NCBI GenBank assembly: GCA_963727485.1
Contig: CAVSGM010000003.1
Location: forward strand, 1 to 64,000
DNA: 64,000 nt
From: an uncultured delta proteobacterium
GTDB taxonomy: Bacteria > Myxococcota > Myxococcia > SLRQ01
Reading direction: 5' to 3'
Shown here: piece by piece, positions 53,184 to 63,208 of the stretch
How positions within the stretch are numbered: position 1 is the first letter of the stretch
How the letters are laid out: each line of letters opens with the position of its first letter
Program-made: the position numbers and the translations under genes
The notes under the pieces: generated by a model
Database searches by the model: none
What the model was told of the DNA's origin: nothing
What the model saw: the letters and a program-made list of their open reading frames with translations, nothing else

Positions 53184-55194
53184 ATGTGCCCTGCCTTCTG
53201 GCCCCCGGAACCCCTCGTGAACCAGCAGATCGGCCGGTACCGGCTCCTCAAGCGCCTCGCCCTCGGTGGCATGGCCGAGATCTGGCTCGCCCGCCAGGGT
53301 GGCGCCCAGGGTTTCGAGAAGCTGGTGGTGATCAAGCGGATCCTACCGCATCTCGCCGAGAACCCGGAGTTCGTGGAGATGTTCCTCGACGAGGCGCGCC
53401 TCGTGGCCCACCTCAGCCACCCGAACATCGCCCAGATCTACGACCTGGGCCACGAGGACGGCAGCTACTTCATCGCCATGGAGCACGTCCACGGCGAGAA
53501 CCTGCGCACCGTGCTCAAGCGCCGCGGCGAGCTCGGGCTCGGGGCCCTGCCCGGACCGCTGGTCGCCCGCATCGGCGCCGCCTGCTGCCAGGCGCTCGCC
53601 TACGCCCACGCCGCCACCGACGCCGGGGGCCGGCCCCTGAACGTGGTCCACCGGGACGTGAGCCCCCAGAACCTCCTCCTCGCCTACGACGGCCAGGTGA
53701 AGGTCGTGGACTTCGGCATCGCCAAGGCGGCGACCCAGGCGGTGGAGACCCGCACCGGGGTGCTCAAGGGCAAGTACAGCTACATGTCGCCGGAGCACTG
53801 CAAGGGCGACCCCCTCGACGGGCGCTCGGACCTCTTCGCCCTGGGGGTGGTGCTCTGGGAGCTGGTCAGCGGCCGCCGGCTCTACAGCCGCACGACCGAC
53901 ATGCAGACCTTCATGGCCATCTGCAACGAGCCGCCGCCGAGCCTGGCCGAGGTGGGCGCCGAGGTCTCGGCGTCCCTGGACTCGGTGATCCGAAGGGCCC
54001 TGGAGAAGGACCGCGACGCCCGGTTCGCCGATGGCTACCAGATGGCCGACGCCCTCGAGCGCTACCTCCGGGAGCTCGAGGCGCCGGTGACCCAGCGCGA
54101 CCTGGCCGCGTCGATGGAGGGGCTCTTCGCCGAGCGCATCGCCGGGTGGCGCACGCTGCTCCAGGGCGACGCCGCCGAGGTGGACGAGGCCCTGATGGGC
54201 GCGCGCTCGGATCTCTTCCAGCAGGGGACCCCCTCGCGGTCGGCGCAGCCGGCGCCCGAGGGGTCGGCCCCGGACCTCGCCACCGGGGCCACGGTGATCC
54301 GGCCCGATGCCGTGGCACCTGCGGCGCCGGTGGTCGTGCCGGTGGCCCTCGCGGGCAGTGACGATCCCGCCGACGAGGCGACCCGTCTCCGGGGTGCGGT
54401 CCCCGACGCCGAAGCCGCCGCGCGCCGACGCGGCCGCCGACGCCGGTGCGGGCGCCCCTGGCGAGCCCCGGCCCCGGCGGCCCCTGCTCTTCGGGGGCCT
54501 GGCGGTGGCGACGGCGGGGGTGGTCGCGGCGGTGCTCCTGGCCCTGGGGCACTCGGCCAAGGCCCCGGCGCATGCCGTCGCGTCGGCCCACCCGGCTCCG
54601 TCGACCGGGCTGACCGCACCCGCGCCCGCACCCGCGCCCGCGCCCCCGGCGGCCCCCTCGAAGCCCGCGGTGGCTCCCCGGACGCCCTCGCCGGCCCCCG
54701 CGGCGCACCCGATCCCACCTCGCCAGGCGCCGCCCGTCCACCACCCGGCCCCGGTCCACCACCTGCCGCACGTCCACCCTGCCGCCCCCGGCCACCTCAC
54801 CTTCGACGCCCGCCCCTGGTGCCGGGTCACCCTCGACGGCCACGCCCTGGGGACCACGCCGCTCGCCCGGGTCGCCGTCGCCGCCGGGGCCCACCGCCTG
54901 GTCTGCACCGGCCCCGGGGGCGCCGAGCAGCGCCTCACCCTCCACGTGGCCCCCGGCCAGACCGTGCGCCGGCGGGTCTCCTTCGAGCCCGGTCACCTCG
55001 CCTTCCGGGTCAAGCCCTGGGGCCGGGTCGCCGTCGACGGCCAGGACCTGGGGATCACGCCGCTCCCGGCGAAGGCCGTCCCCCCGGGGCCCCACCGGGT
55101 GGTGGTGACCAACGCCAAGCTCGGCGCCCGGCGCACCCTGAAGGTCGACGTCGCCGCCGGGAAGACCCGGGTGGTCAGCGTCGACCTGCGGTGA
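53184..55194 (+). CDS. Membrane Ser/Thr protein kinase with PEGA-like C-terminal repeats; frameshift at ~54390-54420
   Basis: GGMAEI, VVIKR, HRDVSPQN, DFG, YMSPE, DLFALG; TM LLFGGLAV...; two PWxRVxxDG..LGxTPL repeats. Start 53184 or 53217. Confidence 0.9.
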
Positions 55195-55222
55195 CGGCGC
55201 CCGGGTCGGTCACCCCGGCCGA

Positions 55223-56855
55223 CTAGGGGCAGTTGCTCCCGGGGGTGAGGCACTGGCCCCCGCACATGCACACCGTCTTGACCGGACAGTGGTCGGTGCA
55301 GAGCCCCGAGGAGCAGCTGGCGTTGCAGCCGATCCCGCAGGCGGTGCCGTCGGTGTTCCGGGTGCAGCTGGTGGTGTCGGTCTGGGTGGAGCTGGTGCCG
55401 CCGCAGGTGCCGCCGCCGCAGGTGTAGGCGGTGCAGGTCCTCGTCCGCGTCCCGGTGTTGCTGCAGGTGCCCGAGAAGGTGCAGGCGCTCCAGGCCCCGC
55501 AGCTCCCGCTGGCGCAGGTGGCACCCGCGTTCCCGGGGCTCCAGCCGGTGGTCGAGGCCGAAGGGTCGCAGACCTCGCACCCGTTCGCCGGGTTCTGGGT
55601 GCCCGGGAGCCAGGTCTGGCCGCCGATGGTGCAGCCGGTGACGCAGGCGCCGGTGGCGTCGCAGGCCTTGCCGGTGCCGCAGACGGCGCCGGTGGCCAGC
55701 GCCGGGTGGGTGCAGGCGCCGCTGGCGCAGAGGTCCGCGGTGCAGGGATCCGAGTCGGAGGCGCAGGCCGTCCCGTCGGTGTTCAAGGTGCAGCTCTGCT
55801 TCTGGGTGACGCTCCCGGAGGTGCAGCTCCCCGCCTGGCAGGCGGGCTGGGTGCAGGTGCGGCTCTGGGTGCCGGTGGTGTCGCAGGGGCCGGCGCCGGC
55901 GGCGGGCCCGCAGCTGCCCCACGCCCCGCAGCCGGTGATGGCGCCGCAGGTGGTGCCGTTGGACACCGGGGTGAAGGCGCTGGTGGACGTCGCCGGGTCG
56001 CAGGTCTGGCAGGCGTTGGCCGGGTTGGGGTCGCTGCCGGCGTAGAGGGTGCCGCCCACGTAGCAGCCGGACCGGCAGGCGCCGGTGGCGTCACAGACCT
56101 GGCCGGTGCCGCAGCCGGTCCCCGGCGGCCGCCTGGCTCCAGGCGGTCCCCGAGGAGGCGGGGTCGCAGACCTGGCAGGGGTTGGCGGGGTTCACCGCCC
56201 CGGCGGCGTAGTGGTTGGTGCCGATGTCGCAGCCGGCGCTGCAGCTGCCGCTGCCGTCGCACTGGCCGGTCCCGCCGCAGGTCGTCCCCTGGGCCGAGGC
56301 CGGGTGGGTGCAGGCGCCGCTGGCGCAGACGTCGTCGGTGCAGGGGTTCTGGTCGCTGGCGCAGGGGGTGCTGTCGGCGGCGGCGACGAAGCCGGTGGGG
56401 TTCGCCGAGGGATCGCAGACCTGGCAGGCGTTGGCGGGGTTGGCGTCCCCGGGGGCGTAGGGGGTGCCCTCGGCCAGACACCCGTGGAAGCAGGCGCCGG
56501 CGCTGCACACCCCCGCCTGGCCGCCGGTGGTGGTGCAGGCGGTCCCGTCACCGCAGCCCGCGCAGGGGTTGCCGCCGCTGGTGCCGCAGGCCGGGCCCGC
56601 GTCGGGGGTCCCGGCGTCGGTCACCCCGGCGTCGGCGATCCCGCCGTCGGTCACCCCGCCGTCGCCCCCGCCCTGGCCCACGTGCGCCGGGTTCCGGCAG
56701 GTCCCCTGGTCGCACACCAGCCCCGAGGCGCAGCCCCCGTCGGGATCACAGGGGAAGCCCTCGCGCTGGGTGTCCACCTTGACGCCGCAGGCGACGAAGG
56801 TGGCCGTGGCGGCCAGCCACAACATGAGGGCGAGGGAGCGGACGTGGCGGTGCAT
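55223..56855 (-). CDS. Cys-rich repeat lipoprotein, paralog of 30240-32551; frameshift at ~56121
   Basis: FVAC-GVKVDTQREGFPCDPDGGC N-terminus; an extra base in the C4 run 56120-56123 separates ORFs 56091..56855 and 55223..56059. Confidence 0.82.
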
Positions 56856-56940
56856 CGAGGGGCCTCCGGGGGGGACTACCCGAAACGCTAGCAGCTGCGC
56901 CGCGCGCCCGGCAACGTGCCCCCGGTGGAGCGCAGCCCCT

Positions 56941-59028
56941 TCAGGTCGAGGTGCCCCCCGCCGCCGGGAGATACGCCCGCTCCAGGTAGTCGATGACCAT
57001 CCGCCCGGCGCTGTACCGCCAGGCGCAGGTGGTCAGGGCCCGCTTCACGTGCTTCATCCACCCCAGCGGCACCCCGGTGGGGTCGCGGTCGTAGAAGAGC
57101 GGGACCACCTCTTCCTCGAGGCTCCGGTAGAGGGACTCGGCGTCGCGGGCGTCCTGGATCTCCACGTCGGTGTGGACGTGCTCCCCGCCGATGGCGAAGC
57201 CGTTGGTGCCGTCGTAGGCCTCCGCCCACCACCCGTCGAGGACCGAGAGGTTGAGGCCGCCGTTGAGGACCACCTTCTGGCCGCTGGTGCCGCAGGCCTC
57301 CAGGGGCCGGCGCGGGTTGTTCACCCACACGTCGACGCCGTGGGTCAGCGCCCGCCCCACGCCGATGTCGTAGTCCTCGAGGAAGACCACGCGCCCGGCG
57401 AACTCGGGGTCGTGGGAGAGCTGGTGGATCTGCTGGATCAGGGCCTTGCCCGGCTCGTCCTTGGGGTGGGCCTTGCCGGCGAAGACGATCTGCACCGGCC
57501 GCTCGCCGTCGAGGAGCAGGCGCTTGAGGCGGTCGCGGTCGGAGAGGAGCAGCACCGCCCGCTTGTAGGTGGCGAAGCGCCGGGCGAAGCCCAGGGTCAG
57601 GGCCGAGGGATCGAGGACGTCGATGCGGCCGGTGCGCCGGCGCACGTAGTCCACCAGGCGGTGGCGCATCACCTGGCGCGCCTCCCAGAGCTCGCCGTCG
57701 TCGATGCGGTTGAGCCCGCGCCAGGCGCCGGGCTCGTGGATCCGCGACTGGAAGTCCTGGGGGAGGAAGCGCTCGTAGACCCGGACCATCTGCGGGGCGA
57801 GCCAGGTGGGCACGTGCACCCCGTTGGTGATGTGGCCGATGGGGATCTCCTGCTCCGGGCGCCCGGGCCACAGGCCCTGCCACATGTGGCGGGAGACGTG
57901 GCCGTGGAGCGAGCTGACCCCGTTGGCGTGGCGGCTGGTCTTGAGGGCCAGCACCGTCATGCAGAAGCGCTCGCTTTGGTCCTCGGGGGCCACCCGCCCC
58001 AGGGCGAGGAAGGCCTCGAGGTCGAGGCCGAGGGCCTCGCGGAAGGGCCGGAGGTGGGCGTCCACGAGCTCCGGGCCGAAGCGGTCGTGCCCGGCGGGCA
58101 CCGGGGTGTGGGTGGTGAACACCGAGCGGATCGCCACCTCCCGGAAGGCGGCCTCGAAGCTCTGGCCGTCGTCGGCCATCCGCTCGCGGATCGCCTCCAG
58201 GGTGGCCAGCGCCGAGTGCCCCTCGTTCATGTGGATCACGCTGGGCGTGATGCCCAGGGCCTTGAGGGCGCGGACGCCGCCGATGCCCAGGAGCATCTCC
58301 TGGCGCAGGCGCACCGTCTCGTCGCCGCCGTAGAGGCGGGCGGTGAGCTGGCGGTCCTCGGGGCTGTTGCCCTCGACGTTGGCGTCGAGGAGGATGAGCT
58401 GGGTCCGTCCCACGTGGGCCCGCCACACCCCGGCCTTGAGGATGCCGGTGGGGGTCTCGATCTCCACCTGGAGGGGGGTGCCGTCGTCGGTGGTCTCCCG
58501 GCCGAGGGGCAGGAGCTCCACGTCGATGTCGCCGTAGACCTCCTCCTGCCGGCCCTCGCCGGTGACGCGCTGGTGGAAGTAGCCCTCGGCGTAGAAGAGG
58601 CCCACGCCCACCAGGGGGACGCCCAGGTCGCTGGCGGCCTTGAGGTGGTCGCCGGCGAGGACCCCGAGGCCCCCGGCGTAGGTGGGCAGGGACTCGTGGA
58701 TCCCGAACTCGGCGGAGAAGTAGGCCACCGGCCGGGCGAGGATGGGGCCGGCGTGGTCGACGCCGTAGGTGTCGTCGCCGCGCTGGTAGTCCTCGAGGCG
58801 GCGCAGGGCGTAGATCACCCGGCTCTCGATGGCCAGCTCCCGGGCCCGGCGCAGGACCGTGTCCCGGTCGAGGCGGCGCAGCAGGAGGATCGGGTTGTGG
58901 TTCACCTCGGTCCAGAGGACCGGGTCCAGGTCCCGGAAGATGGTCATCACCTCGGGCTGCCAGGCCCACCAGAAGTTGTGGGCCAGTTTTTCCAGGTGCT
59001 CGAAGAGGCCGCGAATGGGGTCGGTCAT
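56941..59028 (-). CDS. glgP: Alpha-glucan (glycogen/maltodextrin) phosphorylase
   Basis: YFSAEFG, GGLGVLAGDHLK, NEGH, TTHTP, ARRFATYKR, GKAHP, EACGTSGQK. Confidence 0.95.
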   Translation of the reverse strand: MTDPIRGLFEHLEKLAHNFWWAWQPEVMTIFRDLDPVLWTEVNHNPILLLRRLDRDTVLRRARELAIESRVIYALRRLEDYQRGDDTYGVDHAGPILARPVAYFSAEFGIHESLPTYAGGLGVLAGDHLKAASDLGVPLVGVGLFYAEGYFHQRVTGEGRQEEVYGDIDVELLPLGRETTDDGTPLQVEIETPTGILKAGVWRAHVGRTQLILLDANVEGNSPEDRQLTARLYGGDETVRLRQEMLLGIGGVRALKALGITPSVIHMNEGHSALATLEAIRERMADDGQSFEAAFREVAIRSVFTTHTPVPAGHDRFGPELVDAHLRPFREALGLDLEAFLALGRVAPEDQSERFCMTVLALKTSRHANGVSSLHGHVSRHMWQGLWPGRPEQEIPIGHITNGVHVPTWLAPQMVRVYERFLPQDFQSRIHEPGAWRGLNRIDDGELWEARQVMRHRLVDYVRRRTGRIDVLDPSALTLGFARRFATYKRAVLLLSDRDRLKRLLLDGERPVQIVFAGKAHPKDEPGKALIQQIHQLSHDPEFAGRVVFLEDYDIGVGRALTHGVDVWVNNPRRPLEACGTSGQKVVLNGGLNLSVLDGWWAEAYDGTNGFAIGGEHVHTDVEIQDARDAESLYRSLEEEVVPLFYDRDPTGVPLGWMKHVKRALTTCAWRYSAGRMVIDYLERAYLPAAGGTST

Positions 59029-59142
59029 GGGCGCAAGGTGCTACCAGCGGGCCGAGGGGTGGGCAAGCCCGGCGAAGCACATGTCACGACGCGCCGCGTT
59101 GAGGTGCCGGGGCGCGCCCCTCGGGGCTACCACTCGAAAGCC

Positions 59143-59247
59143 ATGCGCTTCGTCTACCTCCTCGACTCGGATCACGCCCTGGAGGACGTCACCGAGCGGG
59201 TGTGGTCGGTGGCCTCCGCCCTGGTGACCCCGCTGCTCCGCCGGTAG
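59143..59247 (+). CDS. Possible 34-aa small protein
   Basis: ATG...TAG, MRFVYLLDSDHALEDVTERVWSVASALVTPLLRR; third positions nearly all G/C; ends 11 bp before the cyclase GTG. Confidence 0.35.
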   Translation: MRFVYLLDSDHALEDVTERVWSVASALVTPLLRR

Positions 59248-59258
59248 GATGGGGGCCC

Positions 59259-61694
59259 GTGCCCGGGCCCTCCGACAGCGGCGACCTCGAGCGCCTCATC
59301 GCCGAGCGCGAGGACATCGAGCGCCGGCTCCGGGAGCACCACGCCCGGCGCCTGGGGATCCTCTTCAGCGACATCGTCGGCTCCACCGAGATCTTCGAGC
59401 GCCAGGGGGACATCGCCGGCCTCGCCCTGGTGCGCCGGCACAACGCCCTCCTCTTCCCGGTGGTCGAGGGCCACCGGGGGCGGGTGGTCAAGACCATCGG
59501 CGACGCCATCCTGGCGGTCTTCGACGACCCGGCCGACGGGGTGCGCTGCGCGGTGGCGATGCAGCAGGCCCTGGCCCGGGCCCGCCAGACCGACCCCGCC
59601 GCGGCGCCGATCCACATCCGGGTGGGGGTCCACGCCGGCGAGGCGATGCTCGACGGCGGCGACGTCTTCGGCGACGCGGTGAACACCGCCGCCCGGGTGG
59701 TGGGGCAGGCCGGCGGCGACGAGGTGCTGGTGAGCCAGGCCCTCTTCGACGCCCTCCCGGCGGGCCACGGCCTCGACGGCCGGCCCCGGGGGGCGGTGGC
59801 CCTCAAGGGCAAGCGGGACCCGGTGCCCCTGGTGGCGGTGGCCTGGGACGGAGCACCGGCCGCGCCGCCGCCGGCGGACGCGCGCCTCGCCGCGCCGTCG
59901 GGGGACGCCGACGCGGACCGGCCGATCTTCGTCCTCGATCTCGGCCTCGGACCGAGGGGCCTGCGGGTCGCCGCGGTGGACGGCCCCGGGGACAAGGGCC
60001 CGGTGCGCGCCTACGCCGAGCCCGGCCTCGATCTCGCCGGCCTCGACGCCCTCGCCGGCCACTTCGCCGCCTACCTCGACGGCGACGCCGACGCCGGCAC
60101 CTACGCCGACGGCCTCGAGGCCGCCGGCCGCGAGCTCTTCGACACCGCCCTCTCCGACCGGGCCCGGCGCCACCTCCGGGAGACCGGCTGCCACTACCTG
60201 CGCCTCCACCTCGACGACGCCCTGGCCCACCTCCCCTGGGAGCTCGCCCACGACGGCACCGCCTGTCTTGGTGGGCGCTTCGCCGTGGGCCGGGTGGTGG
60301 AGACCCGCAGCGACGAGGGCGAGGGGAGCGTCATCGCCTACCGCCCCGGGACGGGCCACGCCCTGGTGGTCTCGGACCCCACCGGTGATCTCCCCGAGGC
60401 GCGGCGCGAGGGCGAGGCGGTGGCCGGCCTCTACCGCGAGGGCTTCGGCGGCGAGGTCCGCCACCTCGCCGGCCCGGTCACCCGCGAGGCGCTGCTGGCG
60501 GCGCTCCCCGGGTGCCGGATCCTCCACTTCGCCGGCCACGTGATCCGCGGCGGCGCCGACGCCGACGGGGGCTTCCAGCTCGCCGACGGCCTGCTCCCGG
60601 CCTCGGCCATCGCCCACGCCGTGGGCTCGGCGCCCCCGGAGCTGGTCTTCGCCAACGGCTGCCACGGCGGCGGCGACCGGGCCTTCACCGACGGCGCGCG
60701 CCGGGCCGGGAGCGTCGCCGCCTCGCTGCTCCTCGGTGGGGTGGGCCACTTCCTCGGGCCCCTGGGGCGGGTCCCCGACGCCGACGCCCTCGCCTTCGCC
60801 CTGCGCTTCCACGAGGTGATCCTCGCCGGCCAGCCCTACGGCGAGGCGGTGCGCCTGGCCCGGGAGGCGCTCCAGGCCAACCGGCGCCTCGCCTTCGCCC
60901 GCTACCTCTTCTATGGCGAGCCACGCAGCGCCCTCGAATCCGGCCCTGGCCCGGCGCCAGGTCGAGGCCACCCGGTCGTTCCCGCCCCGGGCGATCCCCG
61001 AGGCGGTCACCGGTGAGACCCGGCGGCGGTGGACCCGGTGGCAGCGCCGGCGACCCCGGCGACGCCCGCGACACGGGGGACGGGCGGCCGGATCGGGGTG
61101 GGCCTGGGGATCGTCGCGGTGGCGGCGGCGGGGGGGCTGTGGCTCACCCGGCACCTGGTCACCCGGAAGCCCGCCGCGCCGACCGCGCCCATGGCGAAGC
61201 AGGCCCTGCCCCCGGCCCGGGCGAGGCCGGCAGACCCCGCGCAGAAGGCCGCCCCGCGCACCGGCCCGGTGACCATCGCCGTCCTCCCCTTCAAGAACCT
61301 CACCGGCACTTCGGCCCTCCAGCCGCTCGCCGAGGGCCTCACCGAGTCGGTGATCACCGGCTTCGCCGGCGCCGAGGGCATCCACCTCGTGGAGCACGTG
61401 CAGATCGGCGCCGACGTCCACTACCAGGCGTGGACCCACTCCAAGTACGTCGACCCGGCGACCCGGGCGCGCATCGGGAAGATCGTCGGCTGCGAGGTGG
61501 TGGTCCTCGGGGGCTACCAGAAGGCCGGCCACGTCCTCCGGGCCACGGCGCGGCTGGTGCGGGTGGACACCGGGGAGATCCTGGCGGCGGTGGAGGTGGA
61601 GCGGCCCCAGGCGAAGGTCTTCGCCCTCCAGGACGCGGTGGCCAAGGCCCTGCGCGGGGACCTCCCGGCGGTGGAGAAGGTGCTGCGGCCGTGA
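59259..61694 (+). CDS. Class III adenylate cyclase, CHAT (caspase-like) protease, TM and CsgG/TolB-like fusion; interrupted at 60936-61021
   Basis: FSDIVGST, VKTIGDA, DVFGDAVNTAAR; LPWELA, ILHFAGH, VFANGC; TM IGVGLGIVAVAAAGGLWL; IAVLPFKNL. Both halves are in the same frame across TGA 61014-61016. Confidence 0.75.
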
Positions 61695-63153
61695 GGCGCG
61701 CGGTCACCCCGGGCCTCGTCGCCGGGCTCATCGCTGTCGCCCTCGCCTTTGCGCCCCGGTCCGCCCGGGCGGGGAAGGCGGGGGCGTCTCCGGCCCGGTG
61801 GCGGTGCTCCCCTTCAAGAACCTCAACCAGGATCCCAAGCTCGACTGGCTGTCCGTGGGCATCGCCGAGACCATGGTCTCCGACGTGAAGAAGAGCGGCG
61901 GGGTGCAGGTGGTCGAGCGCGACCAAATCGACAAGGCGCTCGCCCAGATCGCGCTCCAGGGCGAGGTGAAGCTGGCGCCGGCCACCGCGGTGAAGGTGGG
62001 CAAGCTCGTCGGCGCCAGGACCATCGTCCTCGGCGCCTACCAGGAGGCGGGCAACACCGTGCGCATCACCGCGCGCTTCGTCTCGGTGGAGACCGGGGTG
62101 GTGAACGACGCCGCCAAGGTCACCGGGCCGCTCACCCGCATCTTCCACCTCCAGGACGCCATCGTGGCCCGGCTCCTGGGGCGTCCCCATGGACACCGCT
62201 ACCACGCGCCGAAGCGAGAGAAGGGCAGCGCCCGGACGGTGAAGGCCTACCGGCTCTACGCCATGAGCCTCTCCGTGGCCTCCGACGCCCAGCGGGTCAC
62301 CTACCTGAAGCAGGCGGTGAAGGTGGACCCGCACTTCCACTACGCGGCCGACGCCCTCGCGGCCCTGCAGCGGCGGATGCAGGGGTACGCCGCCGCCGAC
62401 CTCGCGGCCCGGAAGCAGGCCGCGGCCACCCTCCGGGCCCGCCTCGGGCGGCCCGGGCTCGATCCCAGGGTCCGGGCCCAGGAGGCCTTCCAGCTCCTCA
62501 CCGCGAGCCTCGGCAGCCGCCGCTACCACCAGTTGAGCCACGACGCCGGCATCGTGCTCAGCCTTCGCTGGAAGCCGCAGCCGGGGGGGGTGGACGTCCA
62601 GGAGTACGCCGGCTTCTGTCGCTTCGAGGCCCACTACTTCCTGGGGGACTACGACCTGGCGTTGCAGTACGGCGAGCACTTCCTCAAGGCCTACCCCGGC
62701 GGCACCTACTACGGCGCGGTGGAGGGCCTGATGAACCAGATGATCGCCGAGAAGCGCAAGGTCGAGGAGGGCAAGGTGGCGCTGCGGGACGAGTACGCCA
62801 AGCTGGAGAAGAAGCGGGCCGACGCGGTCGCCAAGGCCCGGCGGCAGCACCAGGCGCCCAACCGCTACCTGATCCGGGGGCTCGACCTCCAGCGGTGCGA
62901 CAAGGCCATGTCCCTCGACCAGTGGCGGACGGCCGTCCACGAGTGCCAGGCGTTCATCGCGGCCCATGGGCACGACAGCGACGAGGGCGCCGTGAGCCTG
63001 GCGAACGTCGCCAGCTACGACGTGATCCAGGCCTACGTCCACCTGGGGAGGTTCGACGACGCCCGGCGACTGGCCAAGAAGCTGATCAAGCGTGCGCCCA
63101 AGTGGTCGCGAACCACGGGCATCGCCACCCAGATGGCCTACTGGCCCCGGTGA
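61691..63153 (+). CDS. Secreted CsgG/TolB-like domain plus TPR-like helical protein; frameshift at ~61782
   Basis: GTGA start/stop overlap; signal VRRAVTPGLVAGLIAVALAFAPRSARA; VAVLPFKNL...VVERDQI...VGKLVGA...VRITARFVSVETG; helical repeats. Confidence 0.78.
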
Positions 63154-63208
63154 CCGCGGCGGCGTCACCTTGACCTCCCCGGGCCCGGGCCGCTACCGTC
63201 CCGCGCCC

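Noticed and set aside
30240..56855. Diversity-generating retroelement or shufflon behind the Cys-rich paralogs
   Set aside because: No reverse transcriptase or recombinase in the window, and no adenine-specific template/variable repeat pair was seen.
61014..61016. Selenocysteine or readthrough at the in-frame TGA of the cyclase-CHAT gene
   Set aside because: It lies in a low-complexity linker with no evident SECIS; compensating indels at 60936 and 61020 explain it more simply.
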